Origin: Octopus bimaculoides
Lineage: Eukaryota
DNA length: 35,497 nucleotides
Direction: 5' to 3'
NCBI RefSeq assembly: GCF_001194135.2
Contig: NC_068999.1
Location: 31,400,443 to 31,435,939, forward strand
The notes under the pieces were generated by a model. That model was not told the origin of the DNA. It ran no database searches and worked only from the letters and a program-made list of their open reading frames with translations. The position numbers and the translations under genes were made by a program. This document shows positions 34,703-35,497 of this stretch, piece by piece (position 1 is the stretch's first letter; each line of letters opens with the position of its first letter).

Positions 34703-35190
34703 TAGACTTATGTTATCCCGTGCTTTCACTGCACTCCCGTGCGAAGCTCTGTGCCTTGGGTATGTGCTGTAGTTTGTTGTGATATTCTTATTTTTAATGT
34801 ATTGAAAGTGTTTTACGTAGGATGTGTGCGGTGCCTAGTAGTGTTATTTTCTATATGTTATATACACTTGTTAGTCCTGGTGTTTTCGTTATGCATTTGT
34901 CTGAATATTTTTTTATCATACCCAATGAGCCTACTATGATAGGAATTGTTTCTGTGTTTAGAATCCACATTCGAGTTACCTCTATTTCCAGATCTTTGTA
35001 TTTTGAAAGTTTCTCCGTTTCTTTTAGAGAAGAAATGTCATCTGTTTGTATTGATACACCGATAAGAAAGCAATTGTTTTTCTTGGTGATCTCTGACAAC
35101 TATATCCGGCCTATTGGCCTCAATTTCTTTATCTGTGTAAATTGGCATATCCCAGATAATGGTTGCTTTCTCATTTTCTGTGACCTTTTC
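34698..35190 (-). mobile_element. 5'-truncated RLE retrotransposon (family B, copy 2, more diverged)
   Basis: IIWDMPIYTDKEIEANRPDIVVRD..NNCFLIGVS...EKLSKYKDLEIEVTRMW. (ATT)n on both sides. Confidence 0.9.
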
Positions 35191-35210
35191 TATTATTATT
35201 ATTATTATTA

Positions 35211-35497
35211 TTCAGTAGTTTTATTTTTATAACGTGCTTTCACTTCACTACCGAGCGCAGCTCTGTGCGCCTTGGGTATGTGCTGTGGTTTGCTGTGGTG
35301 CTCTTATGTTTACTGTATTGAAAGTGTTTTGCGTAGAATGTGTGCAGTACCCAGTAGTGCAATTTTCTGTATGTTATATATATTTGTAAGTCCTGGTGTT
35401 TTTGTTATGTATTTGTCTGAATATTTTTTTATTATACCTAAGGCACCTACTATGATAGGAATTGTTTCTGTTTTTAGATTCCACATTCGAGTTATCT
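35211..35497 (-). mobile_element. RLE retrotransposon 3' end (family B, copy 3), running off the window
   Basis: About 6 substitutions versus copy 1 over ~280 bp by eye. (ATT)n tail at 35191-35212. Confidence 0.92.

Overview
AT-rich, repeat-dense eukaryotic DNA with several N gaps and no host gene I can support. It is probably intronic or intergenic. The SINE and repeat repertoire looks like an octopod cephalopod; this is my recognition, not a database check. The window is a mosaic of transposon relics: (1) a decayed FLYWCH-MULE transposase; (2) two Penelope-like element (PLE) fragments, one RT-only and one RT plus GIY-YIG-type endonuclease; (3) seven fragments of non-LTR elements with a restriction-like endonuclease (RLE; R4/Dong-like), four of them nested in one orientation in a (TAA)n array; (4) a Tx1/L1-type 3' end with a (GATA)n target-site duplication; (5) an RTE LINE interrupted by a SINE; (6) a TIR-complete mariner with no stop codons in its sequenced parts; (7) about ten tRNA-derived SINE copies from three families; (8) mini- and microsatellites. 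Most notable: two diverged short repeats on the minus strand each carry a minimal hammerhead-ribozyme fold, with different single core mutations and a re-paired stem I. One lies upstream of, and co-oriented with, a PLE RT relic. All assignments come from hand translation and motif recognition; no searches or folding programs were run.
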